DNA of 64,000 bases from the human T2T-CHM13v2.0 reference genome, Homo sapiens (GCF_009914755.1 NC_060932.1), one strand, 5' to 3'; positions 1-18,482 are shown, counted from the stretch's first letter. Program-made: numbers and translations. The notes: generated from the letters alone by a model not told the origin.

Positions 1-62
1 TCATTCTGGAATCTATCTGAAGGGGCAGCACCACACTAGACACCTGATATACATGACGTCTC

Positions 63-215
63 TTTTGTGTTTTTAGAGACAGGGTCTCACTCTGTCACCC
101 AGGCTGGAATGCAGTGGCACGATCATAGTTCACTGCAGCCTTGAACTCCAGGACTCAAGGGATCCTCCCTCCTCAGCCTCCTGAGTAGCTGGGACTATAG
201 GCACACCACAGGGCC
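63..215 (-). mobile_element. Partial Alu (AluJ right arm or FRAM)
   Basis: T-rich tail then gagacagggtctcactctgtcacccaggctgg...cactgcagccttgaactcc; homology stops after one monomer. Confidence 0.85.
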
Positions 216-568
216 TGTCTTTGTCTATTTTAATAATATAATTGTTAATGTTGATATATTTTCATTTTGGTTACATATATATTACTTTCTTGGCTATATA
301 AAAGTTTATGCATAACAATTATTCATTTATCAATTTTTTACTATTATAGTGTTGCAACAATCAACCTTCTACACATTTCTTTACATTCTTTTCTGATTAT
401 TCGTTTATGAAAATCTCCTAGAGGAGACAACATTGAGATCAAAGGAAATGCATATTCAATACTCTTGATACACGTTGCTGAGCTGTCCTCCAGAGAGGCT
501 GTCCCAGGAGTGGACAGGGACTGTGTTTTCAGTCATGTCTGAATCTCAAGCCAAATCATCGTTCTTAG

Positions 569-884
<316 letters not shown>

Positions 885-1085
885 TATATTTTAGACCCCT
901 AATCAACTGAATGAATGGAAGGAAGAAGGAAGCTGAAAGAAAATGACTTTTCTGAGGAAGCTGTATGATTTAAGGAAAGGCAGATCACTGGAGAAGTGTA
1001 AAACACGCTTAGAAAATGAGAGCTAGGCCCGTTCAGCAGATTGTATCACATGAAGGAAGGCTGAGGAGAATGAAGTATAAGAGAT

Positions 1086-1243
1086 CAGGGCTTCTCAAAC
1101 TGGGGTGGGCATGCACAACACTGGTATCCCGCTAAAACTCTGGTTCTGATCCAGCAGGTCTGGGGTGGGGCCTGACAGTCTGCATTTCTAACAAGATCCC
1201 AGGTGATGGTGATGCTGCTGGTCCATGAACTTCACTGCAAATC
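1086..1243. mobile_element. MER5A (hAT-Charlie MITE)
   Basis: cagggcttctcaaact...ggtctggggtggggcctgacagtctgcatttctaacaagatcccaggtgatggtgatgctgctggtcc matches recalled MER5A. Confidence 0.8.
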
Positions 1244-1829
1244 ATAAGAAAGTAGATGATTACACTGGAGAGGCAGATTCTCTCTAAAAAGTTTCCAATG
1301 TCAGGCTCAAGAGTTTAGAGTATATTTAGTTGGTAGTCAATTTAAGGAAAGGGGTGTGATGAAGGTTTCTGAGCAAGGGAGACCTAATCACCTTAAAAGA
1401 ATCAGATTAATAAAAATCTTTATATACATTACCAACCGAGTCTTGCTTAGAGGACCACTTATTTTGTTTTGTTTTTGTCACTTTAATATTTTCTCAGTTT
1501 TGGTTAATATAGCACACAACCTTGAGGCTATTTTAGCAAAGTTTCAGTGCTTTACATATATCCCTCTCTAGCTTAAAAATGATTGTTAATAACAGAAGGG
1601 ACAATTAACAAAGGATCCATGGTTTGGCTTTTCCTGGCCTCCCTACCCCTAATCTCCTCTGACCTCATCAGCTGAGGCCACACCCCAAGGCTCCTGGGTG
1701 TTGCTTTCTCACTGTTTCTGGTGGCAACCAGGACTCCAGTTGGGGATCCTGTTTATAAAAATAACATAGGGATAACCAAGAGTTACATGCCCCCATCACT
1801 TCTCCTCTCCCAAGATGAAATCTTAACTA

Positions 1830-2258
<429 letters not shown>

Positions 2259-2737
2259 TCAGGCAAACAGTGAAAGGTAAGAACACCCTAGACAGAATCC
2301 ACGGGCCCAACAGCTAATTCCACATCTCATCCATCTCTGTTCCCTCCAGTCATTACTAGCATTGGAATGCTGACAGAAGATGGCCAGCATTTGCTACAAT
2401 TCTTTCACCTATTCCATTACAGCCTAGACAGGGAGGGCTGTAAAAAAAGACTCAGGAATAAGGTAGGCAGAACGGCCTCAGTACCTTATGTCTGGGCATT
2501 TTGCCAACATCCTCTCAGATCCTGCTCATCTAGAACACAGCAGTTTCCGAGGTTCTTATGAGGCTCTCTAGCAGGAAGCCACTGCTTGCCAAAGCTCATG
2601 AGATCACCAAGTTAATAATGAATGCACTTGTGGGTGGGGTGAAGTGTGGTGCAGCTAGCATGACTGAGACTTCAAATGACCTGGGCTGTGGGAAATGAGT
2701 CTTGGCCAGAACACTTCAGATATTTGCCACAGCACGC

Positions 2738-3080
2738 TCATACACTGTTAGAGTGTAAGGAGGTATAACCTTTTTTGAAGATAATTAAGCTATTGCTACC
2801 ACAATTTGAAACACATATGCCCTTTTATCCAGCAACTCAACTCTTAATAATTTATTCCACAGACACATACCAAAGAGGAAGGTACAATGATGTTCATTTC
2901 AGCAAAATATGAGAACTTAAATGTCATCAAGGGCCTGGCTAATATACAAAAATATAATAAAATATAAGGTAGATATTAAAAAAGAATGAGAAAAACCTTG
3001 TGTGCTACACTGAAACTACCGCCAAGATATACTGTTACATATATAATAATGTATGCATATAATGTATCATCTACATAATT
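2738..3080 (+). mobile_element. Old L1 (L1M/L1ME) 3' fragment
   Basis: tcatacactgtt...catatgcccttttatccagcaactcaactct resembles the L1 3' region; degenerate. Confidence 0.5.
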
Positions 3081-3361
3081 ATGTATGCACACAAACACAC
3101 AGGCTACCCTCTGTTAACAGAGATTGTCTTAGGAGAACTGGGTTTCTGAGGTTAGAGAAAGGCCTTTGTTTTATAGCTCCTGCCCTTTTGTTTTATTTAT
3201 TTATCATACACATGTATTACTATTTCCCTTTTTTGTTTACTTTCTTTTGGGGGAATATCTATTTATTTACTTTTGGGTTCCCAGGACATAGATTCTTTCT
3301 GAGCACTCAAGGAATTACAGAAAACATTTACAATGAAAAATGCAGGTCAAGCTAGCAAGAT

Positions 3362-4064
<703 letters not shown>

Positions 4065-5622
4065 TGAAAGACGATCCCTTTAATATATCTTACATATCAT
4101 TTCAGGGTGTTTCATATCCATCTCCCTTCCGAACATCCAAAGCCAGAAGATGCATGAATTCCAACTGAAAAAGCCCTGGGGAATCCATTCTCCAGCACTA
4201 CTGGATTCATACTACCAAAATAACCCGCTGTACACTTTACAGCATTTTAAAACCTTCAGCGGGTCCTCAGCCTACAAAATAAAGCTCACACTCTAGCTCT
4301 GCACATCTGACTCCAGTCTCCTATTCCAACTTTCTCTCTCATTGCTCACGACACTAAGCAACGGTGCTCATCTCCTTGGTGTTCATGTCCTCGGTATTTA
4401 ATGCCTATGACTCCACCCACCTTGCCTTTCTGCCCACACTCACATTCCACTAAGAGAACTGGGAATCAAGACATTACTTTTATTACTGATAAAAGCTGAC
4501 TAGGGAAAATGGCTAAAGATCAGTGACAAGAATTAGCCAGACCTCCCCAGCCAGTCACTGGCACAGCTAGACAAACTCAAGCCACGCCAGCAAGGCCAGG
4601 TCTGTTAACACAAGGCAGAAAAGGCTGTAGTACAGAACCAGCTCTGAACAGAGAGGCCCTGCAGTGCCGAGCTGAGGATCTCCTTCTTACAAATTCACCA
4701 ATCAGATAAGCCACTCTTTTTCCCATTGTGGTCCCTCAGGCTGGAAACATGAGGCCAGGGAAATGTCACCTCCTTCACTAATATTCAATCCTTGTTTTCA
4801 AAGCACAGTACAAGTCCCACTCCAACCTGAAAAATCATTCCATCCCCAGAAAAATTACCCATTATCGATTCCTTGGAATTCCTAGGGAACCTAATGCCTG
4901 GGCACTGTTTTGATTCAACATCTACAATAATGTCTCGTATACTGATAGCAGTTTCTCTATCAAGAAAAACCGAGTCCCTGTCTAGCTCTCTGAATTCTCA
5001 TCATTTAGATGCATGCTCAGAACAAAGACGATGCTCAACTATATGAATTTTGAAAAATTATGAATGTCAGAATGCAGAGTGTGGTCTTTAATAGGTAAGA
5101 AGGAATCTTAAGAAAGAGAACGCATGACCAAAGAAGTGTCTTCTGAAGATGAGTAATCGATGGCATGTCTGATTAGAATACAAGACACAGACACAAGACA
5201 AGAGAAATGGCAATAAAGAAAACTATTATTTAGATGTGATTTAGAAAAGGGTCCTCAATATCAGAGTAATAAAGCAGAAACCATAAAATAATAGAAAGCT
5301 GTCCAACAAAAAACTGAATAAAAACAAATCAAGAAAAGAAATTAGGAAATGCGTAAATGTACTAAGGGTCACAATAGATCACCAGCTGACAGTAAACTGC
5401 TGCTTAGTGACATTGTTCACACAACAGGGCTGTTACAGATGGGAAGTAGTAAGTCATTTTTACACTTTCTATGTATAACCAACAGATCCCAATTAGATCC
5501 TAACTGAAAAGAATAACGAAGACAATTTAAAGAGCTGAAAATGAGGCTTCTAGAAGGAGGAAAACAGCAATTTATTTATTTATTTATTTAATTCTGAGGG
5601 GGTAATCATACTCTTAAAGACA

Positions 5623-5931
5623 GGCTGGGCACAGTGGCTAATATCGGTAATCCCAGGACTTTAAGAGGCCAAGGGGGCAGATCACTTGAGCACAGGAGTT
5701 TGAGATCAGCCTGGGCAACGTGGTAAAACTCCATCTCTACAAAAAAATACAAAAACTAGGCTGTTGTGGCACTGAGCACCTGTATTCCCAGCTACTCAGG
5801 AGGCTGAGGTGGGAGGATCTACATGAACCCAGGGAGGTCGATGCTGCAGTGAGCCGTGAGTAACAGAGTCACTGCCCTCCAGCCTGGGTGACAGAGTGAG
5901 ACCCTGTCTCCAAAAAAACAAACAAACAAAA
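5623..5931 (+). mobile_element. Alu (AluJ type)
   Basis: gatcacttgagcacaggagtttgag...gaggtcgatgctgcagtgagc AluJ-like; A-rich tail. Confidence 0.9.
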
Positions 5932-6104
5932 AGACTACTGGTGAAAGAAAAAGTGCAACTAGACAGTTTACTACTCTACTGAAAAACAGAGACATTCAGT
6001 AACAGAGAAATTTTACCTAAATCTGAAGAACTCTTAATAGAATCATTGTTAATAAAGTGATGGTGGAAACAACACTCTTTTTTACTTTGACAACTCAATA
6101 CTTA

Positions 6105-6520
<416 letters not shown>

Positions 6521-6799
6521 TGCAGAAGGTATTTGTAGATATAAATATTCCTCTAAAGAGGTATTTAAGATTACCATAAAGATATTTTATTTGTCCTGAG
6601 TCAAGAACATGATAAATCAGATATACCGCCTAACAAAACTATTCCTAAATCCTGGCCAAAAGTATGTGTGCTTCCTCCACTACATAGCACTCACTCCCTC
6701 CAGCCCATAAAGGACATCATTAATTGATGGCTTGCTTTCCTGCGAAAACCATGTAAAATCTATGACATCGGCTTTCACTTTGCAAAAATTTTATATTTA

Positions 6800-7080
<281 letters not shown>

Positions 7081-7569
7081 GATAGGTCCATTGCAATTCT
7101 TAAAATCTTGTTGTAGACTAAAGTTATCAACAGAGAAGAAAAGGAAAATAATTGATGAAATAAATTTAATAGCTTGTTGTAAATACCACGAATTGCCTTT
7201 AAAAATTTCCTCAACATTAAAAAACTTAGAAATCTTTGGCTTTCATTAAAGTTGGGAATATATGACAACACACACACACAGCAAAAGGTATTTTTGGTGG
7301 GAGGAGGAGATAATATTTTGGAAAAAAAATGGCAAACTATATTGCTAATGCAGCTCCAGTGAAATGCCTTTTTTTACAAAGTAAAAAGATCAGTGTTAGG
7401 TTGAGAATGGGTTAGAGTTATTCCAATTCACTATCAAGCTCTAATTCCCTCCACAGCATCCTGCCCAGAAGTTTAAATACCTCCTCCCACTGTGAAGAAT
7501 TAACTCTGCCTAGAGAGCTTTTGTTGTTTTAAATCTTTTTTCTTAAAAAAAGAAAGTCATGCATGACTA

Positions 7570-7725
7570 TATACTATGAGCCAGGCAATGGGCTAACAAC
7601 TTTATCTTGCCACACTAATCTTTACAACCACCTGAAGATCTAGGTTCTCTTGTCACTCCTATCTTGCAGATAAGGAGACACAGAAAGGTTAAAGGTCACG
7701 TCAGGCCATTGGTGGAACCAAGATA
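7570..7725 (-). mobile_element. MIR fragment
   Basis: tactatgagccaggca...cctatcttgcagataaggagacacagaaaggttaa MIR core. Confidence 0.6.
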
Positions 7726-7767
7726 TGCCATGGTCCTTGGAAGAGTTCTTTCAGCCTACACAACATA

Positions 7768-8120
7768 TGTATTAGTCCGTTTTCACGCTGCTGATAAAGA
7801 CATACCTGAGACTGGGGATAAAAAGAGGTTTAATTGGACTTAAAGTTCCACATGGCTGGGGAGGTCTCAGAATCATGGTGGGAGGCGAAAGGCACTTCTT
7901 ACATGGCAGCGGCAAGAGAAAATGAGGAAGATGCAAAAGTGGAAACCCCTGATAAAACCATCAGGTCTTGTGAGACTTATTCACTACTATGACAACAGTA
8001 TGGGGGAACCGCCCCCATGATTCAATGATCTCCCACCAGGTCCCTCCTACAACACATGGGAATTATGGGCGTACAATTCAAGATGAGATTTGGGTGGGGA
8101 CACAGAGCCAAACCATATCA
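7768..8120 (-). mobile_element. THE1 solo LTR (THE1A-like, ERVL-MaLR)
   Basis: tgtattagtccgttttcacgctgctgataaag...gccaaaccatatca; 5-bp TSD acata/ccata. Confidence 0.93.
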
Positions 8121-8937
8121 CCATATATATTTCCATTTACTAAAAACCACAGAATTTGACTTCCTGAATTTGTGTTTCTAAACTAAAAATTTCCTTCAAA
8201 ACTTTTCTCATGCAAATACCAGAGCCTCTGACGTTTCTGTGGACTATGGATTCCCACTCAAGAATCTTAGCATTTTCTCTTTTTTTCTTATTTTATACAT
8301 ACTCGACTCGCCAACTAAATTGCAAAGCATCAACAAGACAAATCCAATTTTCTTCTCTCAAACCGATTCAGAGGGGTAAGCAGAGACCACCACAGTGTTT
8401 AAAAATTAGAATCACTGATTAGTTCCTTACATTTGTCTTGCACAAGAATTTCTGCTATACAACGCTAGCTGGGAGAAAATAAGAAATGGGGGGAGAGAAT
8501 GAATGGCCAACAGCAATGTTTCAGGTATAAATAATTTATTAACAGTACTCCAAATTTAATGAAATAGCAATATTTTAAGACTTTGTTCATAGTTAAAATA
8601 TAGACACCACATTATCGAAACATGAAGCAAATATGTCATTGAAAAGAGTGAGAGGTATAATGCTTGCCCAAACAGATCAGATGGGTCATTTACCCTACAT
8701 ATTCTATGCTTATCTTGCTTACTTACTGTCTCTCTGTGAATGATGGTGTTTGTTTCAGGTAATTTAGCCCCAGTAGGCAGGCTTTCTTCACGAAGAGAAG
8801 AAATAATGTCTTAGTAAGAAGACAGCGCACACATGCATAGTTTCTACATATACTTGCCTATATTTATAGGCAAAATACCTCAATTAAAGTAAGAGTTACA
8901 AGAAACACCATTCTCTAAATCTAATGAATAACTCGGG

Positions 8938-9242
8938 TTTTTTTTGTTTGTTTGTTTCTGTTTTTGAGAGTGTTGCTCTGTAACCAAGTCTAGAGCACAA
9001 TGGTGTGATCATGGCTCAATGCAGCCTGGAGTTCCCAGACTCATGTGACCTCCCACCTCAGCCATCCCAGTAGCTGGGACTACATGTGCCACCATGCCTG
9101 GCTAATTGTTTTAACTTTTTTTTGTAGAGGTGGAGTCTCACTATGTTGCCCAAACTGGTCTCAAACTCATGGGCTCGAGTGATCCTCCCACCTAGGCCTC
9201 CCAAAGTGCTGGGATTACAGGTGTGAGCTACATTGCCTGGCC
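8938..9242 (-). mobile_element. Alu (AluJ type)
   Basis: T-rich tail, dimer, TSD aataactc. Confidence 0.9.
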
Positions 9243-10764
9243 ATTAATAACTCTTGTTACACAAAACTAATAACCTTAATGACTTTTTTTTGCACAAAAC
9301 TAATGCTTTACTCCTTAAAACCTGGAGCATTTTTTTTTTTTACTTCAAAGATTGTGTTGCCTCAGAACCAATTCACAAGAGAGGCAATGATTATCTCCTT
9401 AAAGTGTGGTCTCATGAACAACCAGCTACTCTTGACTTCTTTATGGAGAGGCCTTCCTTGATCTCCAAAGCTGCTGGAATGTCCTGAGTGGTTCCGAACT
9501 GCCTAATTTTCCCCAGAGAGGCACAAAAGATCCTGCGTCTACCACTGCTCTCAACTCGCTCAAAGCCAGTGGCCTCCTTTTTACATCCAAGCCACCCTTT
9601 TACTTATTTTGAAACTCAAAGGAAGTAGATTATAAACAAGGTGGCATAGATTTGTTCACAGGGCTATATTTCAGGAACTATAATTATTTGTGTGGCCTTC
9701 AGGTCAGACTTTTTGCTTTTACAGCTCTAAAATGTTATTTGTTTAAATCCCAGCCCTAAAATATTTAATATAAACTATTAAAACACCATTTGCATGACCA
9801 ACTTATTCTTCACTGAATCTCGGCTCATAAAAAGGTTCATTCATGTTAAAAAGCTATTTTTAAATGCGGCTAACTCATTGCTTAGAATATGCTAACAATT
9901 AAGCATTATACTTCACTGGAATTTTTATAGTTTAAAATTATATTTCTCCCATCTCATTTCCTCCCCCACCAATTCTGCCATCCCAAATAGCAACATTATT
10001 TTAAACTTTGCTGTTTTCTATGACAATAACCTCATTCACTGGTCATTCAGAAATAATGTCCTTCTGAAGATGCTGGCAACTGACTTTCACACTCAGTTAT
10101 ATGTCAGGTTTTGGCTACCTAAAGATGTATGAGCACATCATGCCAAGGCCCAAGAGAAGTTCCTCCAGCTGAAATCAAGGGAATAGGTTGCGCCCTTGAG
10201 GAACCAGCGTCCCCTCTATGGAGCCATTCACAGGCTGTGCTGGTAAGGCCTTGTTCTCTCATCCCATTACCCCGTTCGGCGGGGGTGACAGTGACAGCAA
10301 GCATCACACACGCTAGTGAGAAAGGACCCATGCCCGGTTGCCACTGTGACCATTTACTACTCAAGTAGAGCACAAGGTTTAAACAATGCTCTCAAAAATT
10401 ACAGCCTAGAGTTATTGAAAAAGCTGAGTCCCCACAGATAGACTCGAAGCTGCAAAATGCAGTAAGTGGTGTACATAAAAAGTGTCCAATCCAACAAGCT
10501 GTAGGTCAAGCTTGCAAGATTCTGGAGATGGATGGCAAGTGAAAACATGTGAAGCCAACAGGCCCACTCTTGATTTTGACACGTGGATATTTTCACACCC
10601 ATGAGATGGATCTGAAGCTTAATACAGAATTGTAATGCGAAAAGCAACACGTGAACAAAATAAATGGACACATAACAGCAGCGTAAATGCCAGGCCTGAG
10701 TTAAGCTCCTGGTAATATAACACCCGGGGTTTGGGCTTTTCCGTGCCCATTTCCTCTTGTGAGT

Positions 10765-10945
10765 TTAAGGCACATTACTAAAATGATCTCATTAATCCTC
10801 ACAACACCTGATGAGGGGAGTAGGCAACAAATATTTTAATCTCCCATATAAGATGGAAAAAACAAATCACCAATGTGCTGTATAACTTTTCCCAGGATTA
10901 CAGCTAGCACTCAGTCAGAGAAAACAGTCGACTTGAATCTCAGTA
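10765..10945 (-). mobile_element. MIR fragment
   Basis: atctcattaatcctcacaaca...taacttttcccaggattacagctag. Confidence 0.6.
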
Positions 10946-11106
10946 AAGAGTTGACTATACCAGGCTATTTGAAAGAAAATGCTGCTCACTAAGATGGATT
11001 TCTTAATTAAGCAGCTGTATACCACATACATTCCAGGTGGACTGCCATTCCACTTCTCACAGAGTTTCCACACCTATACTAGGCTGTCAAACAGAGTCAT
11101 TTTTCA

Positions 11107-11415
<309 letters not shown>

Positions 11416-11959
11416 AAATAGAGTCATTTTTAAAAATACTTCCCTAGACCTCCTGGCTTCCAGTTATGCCCTACAACTGTTCTTCTCAAACAGGGGACTC
11501 CTCAGATCCCCAGGGTCACAAACCAGTGTGCCCCAGGAGGACGCAACGTTTCCGGACCAACGGGCACATCTTCTTGGGGCTCAATTTGAATAGATGGTCA
11601 TTTAAAATCTGATTTTGATATTTAAATATATTTTTAAATGAAATGCAAAATTGGCATAAAATTTTCAAATTAGTCTTAAAATAAATGATACCTAAAAGCA
11701 TGCTGCTTTAGGAGATACTCACAAGCAAGGCTTGGGTAGGGGGAGAAGGGATGGTAGGTGCACTTTGCTATTAAGTGTAGTTCAGGGAAAACATGTCCAA
11801 AAACAGAACAAAGCAACTTAAGAGGAAAAACAATTCCAATCTGCTTGCCTGGTCCAAACCATTCCAGGCAGACAGGAACATTTCCTGCCATAAAAGCTTT
11901 TACTTGGCTTTCTTTTCACGTGGGCTGTAAGACCTATCAGCATGGAATCTCACTTAGGA

Positions 11960-12262
<303 letters not shown>

Positions 12263-13413
12263 AGGATTTTCTATTAAAAAATCTTAAGATTACTAGTAGT
12301 AAAATGCTATTTCCATATTAAACCTGACAACATCAAAGCTACCTATTGACTCACTTAACTATTTCCAGAAAGCCCAGCAGATACCAGACTTGCCCTGCTG
12401 AAGGCCTTTATGAGCTGGTCCACAAAACATCTTAGAACCTTTGACCATCAGGGTAGGGTTCTCTTTACTATTTCAACCAGAAAATTAGAAAATCAAGGAA
12501 AGGCAAATGACCTCAGATGTTGGTAGGAGGAATTCCTTTATATTTACTAAAAATATCTACTAGCTGCCAAAAGAGTCACATGATAAAGTTGGTAACCAGA
12601 AATGGAGGCATGTGAAAGATACACACAGGTTATCAGGAAAATCAGGTGACGGAAGATACAGGCTTCTCCCAACACAGACTTTTTCCAAGTGCTCAGAATT
12701 AGAATTGGGTATCGAGGGCCCATTCACATATTCCTGGGAGCTGCGAGGAGAATTGCTTCCAATATCCAAGTTCTACAAAAGGCTAGCAAAAGATCCAAAC
12801 CTAAACCACCAAAACCAGACTGGTAACTGCTTTGAGGAACTCACTGAGCACTCTGACCACAGCAGACATTCATCTCAAGCTCCTCACGGTGGCTCCAGAT
12901 TTATAAACAGAAATTTATGTCCACATTTCTATAGTTCCTGAAATTGCCAGAGAAGGAAATTCTGCACACGCACACAAAACTGTGCACCACTTCAGGGCAG
13001 CCACTGGCTTCAATTAAGAAAACCTTATGTTTCTACCCAACATCTGAGATTCTCCAACTCAGAAAACCTCCCTGCAAGTCCAATTCTGACTCATCAGGAT
13101 TCTCTGACACTGAGGCAAAGTTTACAGGAGACCATAAACTTTTCAAGAAGACTTTAAACTTTATTTTAAAAGCAGAATGTGTATATCTAAATCAATTGTC
13201 CTCGTTCAAATGGTCACCTTAGAAAACCACACACGTTATTTCAAGGAATCCTGAGCAAATCATTTGGAATTCCTATTCTGAAAGAACCTTCGACGCCAGT
13301 TTTCACATCACACGATGCACGCTTCTTTATAGACATCTCAAGACTAAAGAAAAACTATTTCCCAGCTTGCTGTCACCTAGCTTGCAGAGCATACTTTAAA
13401 ATGTTGTGGCCTG

Positions 13414-13913
<500 letters not shown>

Positions 13914-13997
13914 TTACAACATAAAACATATTAACTTAATAAACATTTCTTGAGGGGAAGGAGGTAATATTCAGAAATGCCTTCCAGAATGACTTAC

Positions 13998-14135
13998 CTT
14001 ACTGGAATCTACTTTAATAACAGCTGTAAAGTGCGAAGCAGTCACATCATAACCATACATTCTCTTAAAAATCCCTCTCCCACAAATATTCATTGACAAA
14101 GTGTCCTACAAAGCACATATTGTCTTAATTCAAAC
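13998..14135 (-). other. Candidate 138-nt cassette exon of the minus-strand gene
   Basis: Minus strand: TCTTATTTTCAG acceptor and consensus AAG|GTAAGT donor in non-repetitive sequence; no transcript evidence. Confidence 0.3.
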
Positions 14136-14863
14136 CTGAAAATAAGACATCTAAATTTCGATGCAACAGCAGCCAGCAATAAAATGACTATAACATTAGC
14201 TTCACGTTCAATTGCATAGAAATCAACGGTACACCATAAATTTGTGTTAATAGCCAGAAAAGTTCTGGGTGACAGGGGACTCTGTAATGACAGACAATGT
14301 ATGCATGTTTTAGGCCTTGTTAAAAAAATTATGTTATACCAACAACTTTTTATTAGTGGCCATTTCTAAAGAGAGGTCATATACCTTCTTTGTTTAGCAA
14401 AATAATTTAAGACTACATTAATGAAATGCCCTTGATCTTTTGAATGTTCATCTTTAGGTAAATTCAGTATTCAAATTACTATATGGGATGTTTCATAACT
14501 ATTAGCCTTGGCTATCTTACTCCACAGACCTGAATTCCTGTAAACATACCTGTAAGTTAAAGTAAACCCAAGGATCTTTCAAAGTCCAAAAATTCTAGTC
14601 ACGAGGAGCAAATATTTAGGAGGAAATAATAGTTCCATCATTATGGGTCTGTAGACACAACAGATACATGTTCTCCATATAAATATTTAAAAAAAAATCT
14701 CCCCACAAGGGATTTTTTAAAACAGTGCGCAAAATACCTATAGCTTTAAGAATTTTAAAAGTTTATGTATATTCCTGCTTGCACAGTAAAATTAATAAAC
14801 ACTATCTAGTTTTTTGAAGAAAGAAAGAAACGCTAGGTAAAAGGAAAAACAAGAAACAACCTC

Positions 14864-15243
<380 letters not shown>

Positions 15244-15481
15244 TTATTTGCAATTCGATGAATTCCCTAAAGGTCTGGAAAAACTTCAGCATTTCTAATT
15301 AGACTGTAATTTTTCTACCAGACAATCAGACATAGTTTCACCTTTATACAACTTCCCATGTCCTAAATGCCAACATCCTGGCATGCTCCCCGTCCATCTT
15401 CCTTCTCTTAACAGCACCTGTTTTGAAAAGGTGAAAACATTTAGTCTTTCCTAGAATTGTCCTCTGAAAATCAATCAGTTA

Positions 15482-15847
<366 letters not shown>

Positions 15848-16541
15848 TTATCCACCCCAGGGAATGCATTCCTTAATGAGACCATGCAGACCTCACATGT
15901 GCTTAGGCAGGAATGAAAAAACCCCAGAATCCTAGGCCACAAGTTTAAAACAGTCAAATAAGGACCTTCCTATGTAGATTACAAATTAAAAACAAAATGG
16001 ACTCAAGTTAGTTTAGGTAGAAAAGGTGTGTGTTTACTGGCAAGGTTTGGGGAAGCTCCCTGTCTCTGGGAGGGCCGGACACCCAGGCTCAGGCGGGAAC
16101 AAGCAGGGCAAAGCTCAGCCAAGGTCCTGCCACACCACAGGCTGACCGAGTCACTGCAGCCACCACGGCCTCCCCTCAGTGGACAGTCCCCTCCCATGCG
16201 CCTGGGCTCTGGACCCTGAATACTGTCATGAGGACAATACCCCATCAACTGGCCTAGCTGGCCCCAAGAGTCTTCACAAACAGAACCACTCTCCTGAGAA
16301 AATACCAGAATGGGTGGGGCTGATTGTGCTCAGATCACAGGCCCAATCTGATGGCCAGAGGTAGGGGAATGAGGCTGCAGCCCCCGGGCTTCAGCACAAG
16401 GAGTTTGAGTCCCGCCTCACATCTGCCTTTGAGTCCCTCAAAAAGGAAGGGGACCTGGCACATAAAAAGATAATTCTGCCATGGAGGGATGTGGAAAATA
16501 GGATTCGGAGGGTCCCTTCCTGTTCTAAAATACTATAAACA

Positions 16542-16840
<299 letters not shown>

Positions 16841-17361
16841 AATACTATAAAGAGTCAGATGAAGATTTAATGCCTATCATCCTAAACAGAAAAGAAAGGT
16901 ATGACTCTTACTAATTCAAATAATAAGGAATGAATAGCCTATTTCCTCAATCTATTTTCATAGAGTATGATCTGATGAAAGCTATTCATTAAAACAAACC
17001 AAATAGAGTGTCCTTCTGTCAACTAGGCTCCTACTTTATTTATGTACTTCCAGATCCATTTGTCTAATTTCCACTTGTGAAAAGCAAATGGAATTGATTT
17101 TCTGCAATGATACTAAATACAACGCTGTTATAATGTTCAGAACAGGTAACAGGAGGGGAGCAGGGAGTCTGTAAGAGACTGCCAGGTGCAGGAATAACAA
17201 ACAGACAGATGTGATCAAAGAGCAGCAGTTATCACAGGGTCAGATTTTGACTCAACATAGCTAATTCCTGGGAACATTTGAAGGAATCCAACCCCGGAAC
17301 AAGTTTCACAACAAAACAGTACCTCCACCAATGGAGGCAGCCACTGCTAGGAAGAGAGCAA

Positions 17362-17680
17362 TGTGCTGAATGTGTTCCCCCCAAATTCATACATTAAAAC
17401 CCTAATCCCAGTATGATGGTATCTGGAGGTAGGGTCTTCATAAGGTAATTAGGTCATAAGGGTGGAGCCCTCATCAATGGGATCAGTGCCTTCATAAAAA
17501 TAGGCCAGAAAACTAGGTAGCTCTGTTTACACCATGTAAGGACACATGTAAACCAGAAAGAGGACACTCACCAAGGATTCTAATCTCAAACTTCCAGCCT
17601 CCAGGACTGTGAGACACAAATGTTTGTTGTTTAAGCTACGCTGTGTATGATAATTTGCTACAGCAGCTCAAACTAAGACA
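17362..17680 (+). mobile_element. MLT1A-type MaLR LTR
   Basis: ctgaatgtgttccccccaaattcata...ttccagcctccaggactgtgag...aaactaagaca. Confidence 0.8.
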
Positions 17681-18101
17681 CACAGCATGGAAAGCATCAC
17701 TGGGCAAGTAGGTAGGCTGGCTGGGCCACCCTTCAAAGGTCCTGTCCAACGAGGTTTTAAAAAAATGATTTTCTAGATTCTGAAACAAATAAAAGCTGAA
17801 ATTAACAAGACAAAACTTCGAATTTGGACAAAAATAACAGACCCAATATAGGATAATGTAGACCTGAGTCTTGGGGGTTTATTCGATGGACTACCTCACA
17901 CAATCTGCGATTCCACTGTAAGGGCAGTGTCCGGCACCCAAAATGCTTGGACCATCTGGGGGTTCTGAGTTCATCTCCAGGTTTCCCATTTTGAAAAGAA
18001 CACTGACACGTGAAAGTATTGAGACAAGGGTGACAATGATGAAGAGGCAACTGAAAACCCCCTCAAGATGGGGATGATGACATAAGAAAAGAAAAGGGAT
18101 C

Positions 18102-18482
18102 TAGATTTGTCTGCTTAGGCTGCTATAACAAGACAGAAGACTGAGTGGCTTAAGCAACAGACATTTTTCTCAAAGTTCTGAAGGCTGGAAGTCCAAGAGC
18201 ATGGTGCCATCTGGGTTGGATTCTGGTGGCGGCCCTCTTACTGGCTTGGAGACAGCCACCTTCTTGCTCTTGTCCTCAGATGGTCTTTCCTGTGTGTATA
18301 CACTCTGGTGTCTCTTCCTCTTCTTGGAAGAACACCAGTCCTACTGGATTAGGGGCCCATCCTTATGACCCCATTTAACCTTAACTACCTCCTCAAATGC
18401 CCTACCTCCAAATACAGTCAGCACACTATGGGTTAGGACTTGAACATGTGAATTTTAGGGAGATACAAGTCAGTTCATAACA
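18102..18482 (-). mobile_element. MLT1-type MaLR LTR
   Basis: ggctgctataacaa...agttctgaaggctggaagtccaag...cagttcataaca. Confidence 0.8.
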
